A stretch of 64,000 nt of DNA from Carpediemonas membranifera BICM (Eukaryota > Protista > Fornicata), in NCBI GenBank assembly GCA_019828565.1, contig JAHDYR010000062.1, forward strand, positions 731,666 through 795,665, in the 5' to 3' direction. Numbering within the stretch: position 1 is the first letter of the stretch; each line of letters begins with the position of its first letter. Made by a program: the position numbers and the translations under genes. Under the pieces are notes generated by a model. The model was not told the DNA's origin and made no database searches. It saw only the letters and a program-made list of their open reading frames with translations. Of the stretch, positions 1 through 10,593 are shown piece by piece.

Positions 1-837
1 GATGTGTGGTAGTAAGGTAGCAAAGCGACCATACGGCGCGCATGGATGCACCCGACGGGGCGTCTTGAATCTAGCGCTTCCGTAGAAGACAACCAGCCTG
101 GTGGGGGCTGCCCGGGGAGGGGCAATACCGCGAGGGAGTCGCCGAGGAGTCCATCCTAGGGTGCGAGCAAGCTGCTCCCCAGCTCTGTGGAAGTGCTTTT
201 GACGCAAGATGTGGTTCATCAGGCGCATTCTGCGGAAGCTCTTGACCATCCCAGCGTCGAATATTTCCTGCTCGTGGAGGAGCACAAACCTAATCGAGTT
301 TTGTAGACTATCTAGATTTGTACTTTTGAATGATGCAGGAGTCATATCGAACGCGAAGCTGGGGGTCTTGGTGTACCCACACTTCGGGACCACACCGGAG
401 CTGGTGGTGCCATCTGGGTGGCGGATGAAGAATCCACCCAGAGCCCGAGCACCCGGGTCGAAACCCATGAGGTGGGCATCGGGGTCTGGCGCGGGGCGAG
501 CATCTGCGTCATCCACACCCAGACGCTCCCGATCCTTTCGCTTCATCGTCGGGTTGCCACTGGCACGTCTGCTGACGTATGACAGAGCACCAACTTGGAC
601 CGTGAGGTCCACGGCGACCCCATCTGTCTTGACAGACAGCACCCGACGGATGTTCGGAGGAAGAGCCTCCAGCAGCTCTCGCGTCATGCGCTCAGTGGCG
701 TGATGCTCCGGGTCGACCCCAAGTTGGGCAAGCCAAGCCGGGTTCAGCACGTTGAGAGAACAGGGAACGTGCATGAACCCTGGGCGGACCGGAGCCATCG
801 GGACAAGCGGAACAAGCTTGGGCCAGCCAGCGGCTTG
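1..837 (-). CDS. Fanzor1/TnpB-like RNA-guided nuclease, copy A (C-terminus runs off the window; 5' end probably frameshifted)
   Basis: Not in the ORF track. Manual translation is open from 837 to 1: ...PMAPVRPGFMHVP...SVKTDGVAVDLTV (WED-like TDG, 619-627)...LMGFDPG (RuvC-I D at 457-459)...ASFKSTNL...LRQKHF...VVFYGSARF...PCAPYGRF. Clearly paralogous to 9749-10593. Confidence 0.8.
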
Positions 838-1154
838 TCACCCGGAAGAGGTGGATGGGCGGTGTTGAATGCCGCAACCATATCCGTGCGCAAGTGTGAA
901 AGTACTTGGCCTTTGTGAACGAGCAGAGCCTGTTCTCCAATCCGGCGTAGAAGTCCGCGATGAAAAGGATCACGTTTCTACGGTTATGGAGAATGGAGGA
1001 TATGGAGAACTTGACCGTAAGGTAAGTAAGTGCACCTTTGCACCAGATTTATCAAAGGCAAATAAGGGGTTACTGAGCGGATGACAGACCACACGCACGA
1101 TAGTGGCATACCGCTTATCGCCAATTGACCCGATAAATGCCATACAGCCATCAG

Positions 1155-1929
1155 TTATGCCGTTATCCACGCAATGGTGAACGGGTTTGCCTCGCCCGCG
1201 TCGCATGACGTCGCGTTTGGGTCAAAGTAAGGCGCCTCTAGACCATAGTCAATCTCATCTGGCTCAGGAGCGTCGCCACCCTCAAGATCGATTTCCTCGG
1301 CCTCCGGCTCCGGCTCCGGCTCTTGCTCTGGTGCTGGTGCTGGTGTTGGCATGATCACATGCGTAAAAACAGTCTTTCTGGTCGTCAACACACGCCGTCG
1401 CATCCCCCACTTCTTCGCTTTTCGGTTCCTGTACTCCTCAAGGAACCATCCGCCGAGCGGCAGCTCGAGGCCATGGAGGGCGCCTGCGATGGCGATTCTC
1501 CGGTAACATTCCACAGTGCCCACAACGACTGAGCACACACAGCTACACCCGACAACACCCCAGAAACAGCAATTCAGGCCGATGAGAATGATGATAAATA
1601 GTACTTCCGGGATACCACACGTCATAGGAGGTCCGAGGGTGTATAGATCGGCAGTGCAGCCCCCAATAACGTTGTCTATGGTACAGCAGACGCGGAACTC
1701 GTCGATGGAGCTGAGGGTGGCGCAGTCCAATGTCACATTAGACGTGGCGGTGACCGATGGGGAGTATATTAGGATGTAAGGGGAAAGGTTTGGTGTATTG
1801 TAGCAATCTCGTATCATCGTGGTCATTGTACGATGAAATGCTGGTGATGATAATACCACTGCCTGAACATGTATAGCATCGTACGAATTCCACTATTAGA
1901 AGCAGCAATAGCGCGTTGGCACATTTCAT
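1155..1929 (-). CDS. Hypothetical membrane protein (signal peptide, Cys-rich ectodomain, TM helix, PA/PE-repeat tail); frame break near 1850
   Basis: MKCANALLLLLIVEFVRC signal-like start in one frame, continued by ORF 1155..1859 with hydrophobic VLFIIILIGLNCCFWGVV. Confidence 0.5.
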
Positions 1930-2273
1930 TTGTCCGTCTTTTTCTTTTTTTTTTGTCAAAAGATCTCGCCCGATCGGGAGATCGAATCGATTTTAGACAC
2001 CAGTCACCACATGCAGTTGGATTCCGCATACCATTCGCCTCCTCTTTGAGCTGGATGTGACAGGGGCTGACTCTTTCATCCTCCTGCCCTGTTGCCCAAG
2101 TCACGAGTCAAGTCGAGCCCTTGTATGAAGCAGTAGAGCTATCATATTCCATAGCTGGCATAGTGTCTGGTCTGGCCGACCCGGCCGATGTTTACAACAG
2201 ACAATGGCGAGTATCCTCTCACGGTTCATAATTAGCCATCACCCCAATTCGACCAGGGCTGCGGGGGTCTTAA

Positions 2274-3929
2274 CTACTCAACAAATAATACCCACCTCAG
2301 CGCATTGTCAGAGGTTGCAAGGATCTCCAGGTTACAACAGAGTCGGTCCGAGTCATCTCTACAGTCGAGTCGAGTCCAAGTCGTGGTGTCACCCCCGAAC
2401 TGGGGATTGAGTGAGAGGCCCCATGAAGCAGCGGTGTGGGTGATCACTGAGGGGCTGCTGGAATCAGTGGTTGTCTTAGTAAATGCAACAAGGGCAGAGA
2501 TGTTGGAGCCCCCGTCTGTAATCACCCACACAACCTGAGTCGACTCTGGTAAGGGCAGGCTTGACACTCTGACACAGTCTGGATCTGTAACAATATCTGA
2601 AAATATTGACCCCCACAAGCTTCCACTCATCAAGATTTCTCGACCTGATAAAAAGAGAGAAAAAGATCCGCTGATATCCACAAGCAGATCATTGACCGCA
2701 AAGGGGACCTCCGTGAGAGATGTCACAGCCATCTGGTGACCCAACCCGAGCTGGCCAAGCATATTGGTGCCAGTGATAAAGCATTTCTTCTTGACAGAGT
2801 CGTGAATCCAGCAAATACGGTTTCCTATCACAAGATCGGATAGATTATATCCTGGGGGTAGAGCCAGCGCTGTGAACTTTCCGCAATCAGATTCGGTTCC
2901 GAAACCGTATCGATGAATCTCATTACTTGATATGAACGGTCCGAGATTCGTGTCCAATATTGTCATGAAGTGGATTACTCCATTCAATGCCTGAGATGGC
3001 GGCGGCCAGTCTTGCTTGTAATGTACATCGATGGAAAATACTGCGGCATGTGGGATTTGAACCCGAGTCGGCTTGGCCAAATCATTGAACACACAGCCAA
3101 GCTGACCAATGTTTCTTCCCCATGCATACAGCCCCTTGGTAGTGTACGCGAGACAAGACCAGTGGTTTTCATCGGCTATAAACTGAAGGACGGGTGGAAT
3201 TCGTATCATTTCTGGGAAGTAGATATAGTCTGTATCTCGTGTAGACTTTTGATGGAATCTATTTGGCCCCGTAGCGAACAATCTCCACCCTGCTAAGAAA
3301 TACTGGTCCGCATCCTGTAGTCCCGCGCTGTGGACTCTCGTGACAGTCGCCAACGAGGCCGTGACTGTTCGACAGATAGCCCAGAGCGAAGTTCTAGTCT
3401 TACACAAACCCGCAGGGTCTGCCCCAGCTGAGAACATGACTCCAGCCAGCGTCGCTGGCATGAGGTCGAGGAGGGTACCACGACCTGTCATCCTCACTCC
3501 AATGGACCCACTCCTCGGCCTGCTCGCTGAATATGTAGGGTGTACCTTGATCCTCCTCAGTGGAGCTTCACCGGTGAGGTGGGAGAAGGTCTGCATGAGG
3601 GGTTGCGTGGGGCCGTGTGTTGATGGAGGGAGGGAAGAAGTGATGGTGAGCCAGGTACGGAGGGAAGGGAGGAAGCTATCGATCATCCGTGTCGATATGT
3701 AGCCTAATAATCCAGGATTGGTGCTCTGAATGCTTTGAAAGTCGATACTGCGGGAGTCTTGCTTCGTTAACGCGGCATAGTGTTCTAGAATTCGATCCCA
3801 TAAAGAATCTGAGCACAACGTAGGAAATCCCTCATAGAGACGCAGTATCCCGAGCAGCGAAGAGGTCAGCGGCGAAATTTCTTGCATCGGTCGGCCGCGA
3901 CATAAACTGCGGCATTGAAAACTAGCCAT
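2274..3929 (-). CDS. RCC1/BLIP-II-like repeat protein
   Basis: 551-aa ORF with GLYAWGRNIGQLG and ITGTNMLGQLGLGH RCC1-type motifs. Confidence 0.65.
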   Translation of the reverse strand: MASFQCRSLCRGRPMQEISPLTSSLLGILRLYEGFPTLCSDSLWDRILEHYAALTKQDSRSIDFQSIQSTNPGLLGYISTRMIDSFLPSLRTWLTITSSLPPSTHGPTQPLMQTFSHLTGEAPLRRIKVHPTYSASRPRSGSIGVRMTGRGTLLDLMPATLAGVMFSAGADPAGLCKTRTSLWAICRTVTASLATVTRVHSAGLQDADQYFLAGWRLFATGPNRFHQKSTRDTDYIYFPEMIRIPPVLQFIADENHWSCLAYTTKGLYAWGRNIGQLGCVFNDLAKPTRVQIPHAAVFSIDVHYKQDWPPPSQALNGVIHFMTILDTNLGPFISSNEIHRYGFGTESDCGKFTALALPPGYNLSDLVIGNRICWIHDSVKKKCFITGTNMLGQLGLGHQMAVTSLTEVPFAVNDLLVDISGSFSLFLSGREILMSGSLWGSIFSDIVTDPDCVRVSSLPLPESTQVVWVITDGGSNISALVAFTKTTTDSSSPSVITHTAASWGLSLNPQFGGDTTTWTRLDCRDDSDRLCCNLEILATSDNALRWVLFVE

Positions 3930-4109
3930 ATATATGCGCTGAATAGGGTAATATCATGCTTCTGGCGGCATGCTTAGCTGCTCGCCGTCTTTTAATAATG
4001 TCAGATTTGACCAGATCATGGCAACATCCGTGATGTGGCCATCAAATCTCTGAGGCAGCTGCTTTGATGATTGCACAGTTCAGAACAACACAATTCACAA
4101 CAAGATCAT

Positions 4110-4867
4110 ATGAACGTACCAAGAGAGATGCTAGAGTGGACAACAACGCAGTCCTACATGCTCAAGATGCATCTACAGCACGCAGACATCGCTGGTGTCT
4201 TTATGGAGCAGAGATACCATCCCGAGTGGCCTGTATCCAAGGTCAAGGAGCAAGTCGAACATTCCACCGGCACACGTGCGGCTGATTGCCGACTGACGAT
4301 CAAAGACCCCTCTGGCCATGTTTTATGCACGTTAGACGACGATGACGCGCTTATTGGGTCATATGCGGCCCAGGGCATCCAAGACGGCTTCACCCTATTC
4401 TGTGAGGACTCGAACCCGCACTCTTTGGCCAAGAACGGTGGGTTGGATGATGTCTCGCTCGTGGAGAAGTATGAGATCTCGGAGGAAGCTTATGCCGCCC
4501 GTGAAGACTCCTATCGTTCCTGGAAGAAGAAGAAGCTGCTCCGTGATGACCCCGCCCACACATGGTTGAAGACGTGCGCAACGACAACCGCGACATGGAA
4601 GCTGCCCAGGCCATACACACAGGTGACCGCGTCGAGGTCCTCGGTGGCCGCCGCGGCACCGTCCGCTTCATCGGCCTCGTGCCCGAGATCAAGTCTGGCT
4701 GGTGGGTCGGCATCGAGTACGACGAGCCCAGCGGCAAGCACGACGGCGTGGTCAAGGGCAAGCGCTACTTCACTACAGCCCCCATGTGCGGTGGCTTCAT
4801 GCGGCCCAGCGCAGTCAAGGTGGCCGAGGATCAGCCTGCCGGGCTGGCGGAGGGCGATGAGCTCTAA
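4110..4867 (+). CDS. TBCB: Tubulin-folding cofactor B (UBL + CAP-Gly); frame break near 4543-4571
   Basis: N-terminal UBL with VEKYEISEEAY; CAP-Gly RGTVRFIG...WVGIEYDEPSGKHDGVVKGKRYF in the next frame. A 29-nt GT-AG intron at 4543-4571 or an indel would join them. Confidence 0.9.
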
Positions 4868-4926
4868 GCACACCCAACCGATCGCCACATTTACATGAGA
4901 CATACACACACATCATAAATCGACTT

Positions 4927-5493
4927 TCAGACGTTATAAGCGTCCTCATGCCGAACTCTGAGATCCATCTGCTGCTTTCTGATCTCCTTAATGTACACCT
5001 CGGGAGCCCTGGTAGAGTCGGATACAAAGACAGGCATAGAGATGAACGAGAGCTGCGGGACAATGTAATTGAGTCCGAACGCAGTGATCGTGGAAGCAAA
5101 CTCACCTTCGCAAATGGGGAAGCAGAGGTGGAGGCGGTAGCACATCACAGCCATATCCCACTGAATGATGGCATACAGGGCGAGACAGAGGATGAGCAGG
5201 GCGACTCCGACGAAGATCTCGAGGGTTAGGATCCCTCCAAGAGCCAACAGGAAGAAAGAAACAAGGTACAGGGCGGACTTCTGGCTTTGGCCGATGAATA
5301 GGTGGCCTATGCCTGGTACTACGAGCGATGAAGCAAGAACATAGCGCAGAGAGGACTTCCTGATCATGGGAGTGGCCCATGGGGGTGGATTGCTGTAGTC
5401 CGCAAGGAATACCTCAAGTTGTTCGTCCGTAGTGAGATTAGGCGGTGATAAAATTCCAACTGGCATCTTCTTAGCAAGCAAGTGTTCGTTCAT
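4927..5493 (-). CDS. Small multi-pass membrane protein (TM2-like)
   Basis: LASSLVVPGIGHLFIGQSQK followed by two hydrophobic helices. Confidence 0.6.
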   Translation of the reverse strand: MNEHLLAKKMPVGILSPPNLTTDEQLEVFLADYSNPPPWATPMIRKSSLRYVLASSLVVPGIGHLFIGQSQKSALYLVSFFLLALGGILTLEIFVGVALLILCLALYAIIQWDMAVMCYRLHLCFPICEGEFASTITAFGLNYIVPQLSFISMPVFVSDSTRAPEVYIKEIRKQQMDLRVRHEDAYNV

Positions 5494-5597
5494 GATAAGA
5501 TTAGAGGCTTTGTCGTCTTCCGCATGGTCGAATTACGCGAATTACGGTAAGCTCACATAACAACACGAGTTTATGAATTGCTTCAGCTATCTTGTAT

Positions 5598-7584
5598 TCA
5601 GATGACCGTCTCGTCCGGGGTCCACGGGTCGACGTCGACAGGAATAATCGGCTGAATAATTGAACTCGGCGCGTCGCACTGCACAATCTCAACGTCTCCC
5701 GAACGATTCGACACATAGGACCACCCGCCTGACGCTTCACGGAAAGAGAGGCCGCTGAATGCATTCGCCTCGAAGGGTACAACAGTCGGATCCCCATCTT
5801 CCATGCAGCGATGGGTCTGGCCCTCGGTCACCCAAACCAACTCTTTCTTGGAGTCAAATATTCCTTTGACCCTTTCCGAGAACCGGAGCGGGGTGGCTGT
5901 GAAGCAGACGTCGCCCTTGCGGTACCCAGGCAGCAGACCCCGCTGGGACGCGATAATCAGGGGAACTCGACCGGCGAACAGCATCTGGAGGCCACTGAGG
6001 AATATGCTAAAGTTGTTGCAGGAACAAATGATCTGGTCGACCCTGAATGGCAGCTTCTCGAAGCCAGTCATATCATTCCAGTGCCCGAGCCCCAGCTGGC
6101 CTTCCTGTTTCTCCCGCTGATCACATGCCGATCGCCCATGGAGAGGAGGACAAACGACTCATCATGCATGATGTGATCTGGGACAAAGTCTGTGGGCACT
6201 GCTACTGGGTGGAAGAGGTGCATTTTCTCATCTTCGACTGGTCCGACGAAGCACTGTGGATTCCAACAAGCCATGATAGTGCCGGCTGGGGTGAGTATGA
6301 ACGTCTGATCCCCATCCATCGACACATCAGTCGCCATCCTGTGCTTCTCCCAGGGGGGCAGGCTGGTCTCGAGCGCGGCGACCTTGGGGCAGGCGGGGAA
6401 GGTGAGGCGGGTCGGGTCGACGAACCCAGATGACTCGAACCCCAGCTGACGATATCTACTATCTCCCCAGCCCCACAGGCCCTTGGGCGTCCTGGCGATG
6501 CGGGTGAACTTGTCGCTGAAGACCTCGAGGGCCCTGGGCATCCTGGCCCTGGTGAGGAAGTCGAAATGCCTCGTGTCGAGCATGAAGAGTCGGCCCATGT
6601 ACATGCGGTGGTGGTAGCATCTGTTGTACGCAGTGTAATGTTGACACTCGCCGTCCTTCTCGGCGACGTTCATCGTGAAGAAGAACTTGCGGCAGAGGAA
6701 CCAGAGGCACTTGGCCTCGGGGGTGAGAGCCTTGCAGATCTTGTTTTGCATCTTGGTCTCATCCGGCTGCTCCTCTCGAGCCTTCATCAGCACTCTGTCC
6801 TCGAGGTCGGGGTTGGCCCCGCCACCCACCAGACACGCCCATACCGCGCCCTGGTTGAGCGTGTGCAGAGCGACCGGGAGCTCCTCTCCATCCGCGAGCT
6901 CGACGTTCATGGACAGCGGGGAGTGTGGTGAGAGAAACGTGAGAATCCTGTTGACAAAGCTGATGGCTCTGCGATGGTGGAGGTTGAGGGCCAAGAGCGC
7001 GCTAGTCAACTCCTCCGCTGTGCTCTGACTGGCATCACCGTCTTCGTCCGGGAACTCCTCGCCAAACTCGTGGGTGAAGGCCTGTCGCATGAGAGTGGAA
7101 TGTTGCCGGGAATATCGGCACACTCGGTCAGAATACGGGAGTTAACAGCGATAAAGGCGTCACGCTGGATGTTTCGGTTGCTCTGAGGCATTGAAGAGCG
7201 CATTGCAGCGAGACGAGCACGAGAAGCGTCCATTCTCGCGATGCGGGCATCGATCTCCTCGTCGGGAAGCATCATACTATTCAACTGAGCAATATCGGCA
7301 TCAATGTCTGTGATGTGGGCGTCCAGCCGCTGAAGAGCATTTTCTCGAGCGCCCAGTTGTCTCAGAAAGTCAACCCCGAATCTGTGCGTTTTATGTCCAT
7401 TCAGCGGACCCCGAATGTCAAAGCCACTCGTGAAAACACGGCGGCAGGCCAGTCCCAGCCGACATCCTCGAGAATGACTCGATCGCCTGATTGACTTGGA
7501 CGATTTGCGACGAATCATCAAGATCATCCAGTTCAACTCATAGCCACAGTCGCATACAGCCATCAGTCGCGGCCAGAGCAGCAT
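5598..7584 (-). pseudogene. RCC1-like repeat family gene broken into three frames (7006-7584, 6068-7123, 5598-6071)
   Basis: RTPKGLWGWGDSRYRQLG. SGRNRK..QLGLGH spans the frame change near 6075. Same family style as 2274-3929. Confidence 0.55.
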
Positions 7585-7888
7585 GGCAGTCGACGTAGTA
7601 GGCAGAAGTGTTCCAGTCGCCCAGATGGACTGATCACTGCCTCGTCAGAAACCCGTTCATCACTTCAGTGCGAAAGAGGCCGCTTACTACTCATACACCT
7701 GACCGTGCGAGTGGCGACCATGCCTGTCAGTTCGACAAAGCTACCAGAGCTGCAAACTCAAGCCGCCGCTTGACTGTGTATCAATCACCATGAAAGCCAT
7801 GGATTCTAGGCGCTGGGTGGGCTGGATCGGTCGAATATCCCCCAATCTGGAATAAGATTCGACAGTTGCGGTCCACGACAACACAACG

Positions 7889-8347
7889 ATGGGAAGAACA
7901 ATCCGAGTTGGCCAAAAGGCACCAGAATTCGCCGCATATGATCAAAATGGCAAGGAGTATCAGTACACGAGAACAGGAAGGCCGCTCGTGCTTTTCTTTT
8001 ACATTCAGGACGACACAAGCATCTGCACACGGCAATGCACGGCCTTCCGAGACCGCTACCGCGAGTTTGAAGAAGCAGGCGTAGATTTAACAGGTATAGC
8101 AGCCGGAAGCGCTGAGACGCACCTTCATTTCGCCAAAGCCCTCAACCTTCCCTTCCGCCTCCTCGTGGACGAGGATGACAAGGTCCGAAACCTCTTCGGA
8201 GTGCCTTCTGTTGGCTTTGACGAGGTCCCAGGGCGCGTCACCTTTGTGATGGATCAGGAAGGCGTTGTGAGGCTCGCATTTAATAGTTTGCTGGGGCACA
8301 CGAGGCATATGGAGCGGGCTCTGGAAGTAGTAAAGCGGTGGGGATAA
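7889..8347 (+). CDS. Peroxiredoxin Q / BCP family
   Basis: VGQKAPEF, LVLFFYIQDDTSICTRQCTAFRD, LPFRLLVD, GRVTFV. Confidence 0.9.
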   Translation: MGRTIRVGQKAPEFAAYDQNGKEYQYTRTGRPLVLFFYIQDDTSICTRQCTAFRDRYREFEEAGVDLTGIAAGSAETHLHFAKALNLPFRLLVDEDDKVRNLFGVPSVGFDEVPGRVTFVMDQEGVVRLAFNSLLGHTRHMERALEVVKRWG

Positions 8348-8382
8348 TGAGTGTGTAAGTCGACGTTGCAGACGATGTTTGG

Positions 8383-9456
8383 TTGAGTAATTCAAAGCAG
8401 TTTAAGGTCAGCGACGACATCGGCATGGCTGGCGAAATAGGTGCATCTCCAGTGGTTTGTGTTGGCTGTTCAAAGATTGCGGCGTTTGAATCAAAGGATG
8501 GAGCGTTGTGCACCGTTGGAAATCTCGTGGTTCTTCTGAAAGACCACTACATCGTTGCTGTGGGCAACAGGCTGCTCACAGCTTCCTTTCCAAAGAACCT
8601 TCCGCGTGAATCAGACAAGAAACTAACGTTCCTTGAAGATTATGACGCTTCCATCGTCACACTGGCCGAAGCCAACGCCCCCTTCGCGGACCTCTCCCTC
8701 CTCGCCCTGGGCCCGACAAGCTTCGCCGTTGCCGCCGTAACTGAGGCTGGTATGCTCTACTACTTCGATATAACAGACAACGGGTCGCTGAAACACTCCA
8801 TGCGCTTCTCCGCTAGCCTCAGTATTGCCAGACAGCACCACGGCATTCTCCACGTAGCAATCGGAACCGACCAGACTGTTGCAGCAACATGCTACCTTGC
8901 CAAGACAATATATTGGGTCGACCCTGCTCAAAGGATCCATAAGGCCCCTCTCACAGGTTTCCCCAGGGGAATTGTGGGAAGAAGCGGCCTGTATTACTTG
9001 ATAATCGACCACACCGTTGTCGGGTTCACCGCATCAGAGGATAGACTTGGACCGGTAGCGAAAATCGACATCGGGCGCCAGCCTCTGACCGCAATATCAT
9101 CCAATATGACACAAAAACCGATAGTGTCAGTTGGATCAGTAGATCGTGAGATAATCACTGTGAGCACCACCCACCAGTCAACACCCACCCGGTGGAAGAA
9201 GGCGCTCAAGTATGATCCCCAATTTATATTTGACAGCGACGTCCACGCTGACCTTGTCATCGCAGTAGGTCAGGACAACGGCGTCCTCGTTGGCCACCGT
9301 TCTCGTGGGCTGGGTGGCCAGCGGCATGGCCAAGGGTTTATCGCGGACTGCCGGTTCAGTGGAGTCTGGGCCAGCCACGGTCGGTTTGTCGGGGTGACTG
9401 TGAGTGGCATGGCGTACTTCGTGGAGGCGGTGGAGAGGTTCAACGGGCTGGTGTGA
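8383..9456 (+). CDS. Hypothetical protein, possibly beta-propeller (start uncertain)
   Basis: 357-aa ORF rich in short hydrophobic strands; no diagnostic motif. Confidence 0.5.
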   Translation: MSNSKQFKVSDDIGMAGEIGASPVVCVGCSKIAAFESKDGALCTVGNLVVLLKDHYIVAVGNRLLTASFPKNLPRESDKKLTFLEDYDASIVTLAEANAPFADLSLLALGPTSFAVAAVTEAGMLYYFDITDNGSLKHSMRFSASLSIARQHHGILHVAIGTDQTVAATCYLAKTIYWVDPAQRIHKAPLTGFPRGIVGRSGLYYLIIDHTVVGFTASEDRLGPVAKIDIGRQPLTAISSNMTQKPIVSVGSVDREIITVSTTHQSTPTRWKKALKYDPQFIFDSDVHADLVIAVGQDNGVLVGHRSRGLGGQRHGQGFIADCRFSGVWASHGRFVGVTVSGMAYFVEAVERFNGLV

Positions 9457-9620
9457 GTGGGTAAACTGTCATACTGCTGTGGGATGGTGAATATTGTGAC
9501 AACGGGTAGAAAGTAGATGTGAGTGCCGTATGGGGCAGCTGACTTCAGGAGACGTGTTTCTGTGCGTGGCTTGGCTGCGGCAGGTGACTGAGGTGTGATC
9601 TGATCCGACGGTCAATCGCT

Positions 9621-9748
9621 GTGCTGCGCAGGATTAGAATTGTTGAGTCCAAAACACACAGTGATCCAAGCAGCATCAGGATCGCAGTGAATCAATCGTG
9701 CGCAGCATATCACGCGCGCTGCAGCGCGTGCTTGCTCAACTTAGCAAG
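9621..9748. ncRNA. Structured hairpin array adjoining the Fanzor-like stop codon (candidate omegaRNA scaffold)
   Basis: Stems CTTGCT/AGCAAG (9731-9748) and CACGCGC/GCGCGTG (9711-9730). An outer stem 9621-9635/9694-9708 encloses GTGATCC/GGATCGC (9661-9685). Confidence 0.45.
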
Positions 9749-10593
9749 TTAATGATAGCGAGGAAGAGCACCTCTCTGGGAGTCGTAGTGGAAAGGAGAT
9801 TGCTCTATCTGATCTGAAGTTGCATCGAAGGTGCACCAATGGATGTTCTCGCTGGCGCTCTTATCTCGGTGAGAGAGATTGAGAAGTATGTCTCTCTGCT
9901 CGGGATGCCGACGTAGCCGTTCAACGCGCCATGGAGCTCCCTCGCACGCGGGATTCTGGCAGAGCATGGTGCGGCGTGTGTGCACCACACGTCTGAAGTG
10001 TGCTTTGCAGTATGGGCACACGATGGAAGTGCGGAATTCCGAGACCATGTCGACACTCACGACGACGTTGTGCCGGAGCATGATGCCAGTGAGAGCTCGA
10101 GCAAAGTGGCGGTACGGAGCACAGGAGGGAGTGCCGGCGGAACCGAACAGTGCAGCCCCATACGCGACTTCGAGATGAATGGGCTCCGGGAGCGCCCGCC
10201 GAGATCATCCAGGAGTTGACGTCCAGCCCGGGCGAAGTGCTTCTGGCGCAGACAGTGATTGGCAAAAGTCGCACGGCGGAAACACTTTCTCGTCCCCTCG
10301 TTGATGATCTGAACGATGATCTCATGGACAAACCTAATCGACTGTTTGAGAGCCTCTAGACTTGTCGTTTTGAACGATGCTGCGCTCATATTCACGCGGA
10401 AAGAGGGGGTGGCAGTGTAGCCACACTTAGCGAGAACGCCAGATACACTCTGCCCGTCTGGGCGGCGGATCGTGTAGCCGCCCAGCGACCGAGCACCAGG
10501 GTCGAAGCCCATGAGAGCTTGAATGTCCGGGGCAGGAGTAGCTTCGGCGTCATCCTGGCCGAGCCGAGCCCGCTTGTTCTTTTCAGGGTTCAT
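9749..10593 (-). CDS. Fanzor1/TnpB-like RuvC nuclease, copy B (one frameshift near 10195; lacks the N-terminal REC/WED part)
   Basis: RuvC-I MGFDPG (D 10501-10503); VAYGAALF..P..P; RuvC-II VSEFRTSIVCPYC (E 10037-10039); zinc finger CPYC...CQNPAC; RuvC-III HRDKSASENI (D 9863-9865). Confidence 0.85.

Noticed and set aside
209-918. Plus-strand ORFs at the window start
   Set aside because: Antisense to the Fanzor-like frame, which carries the conserved motifs.
1301-1350. Short tandem repeats CTCCGG and TGGTGC
   Set aside because: Coding PE/PA low-complexity sequence; not a CRISPR or regulatory array.
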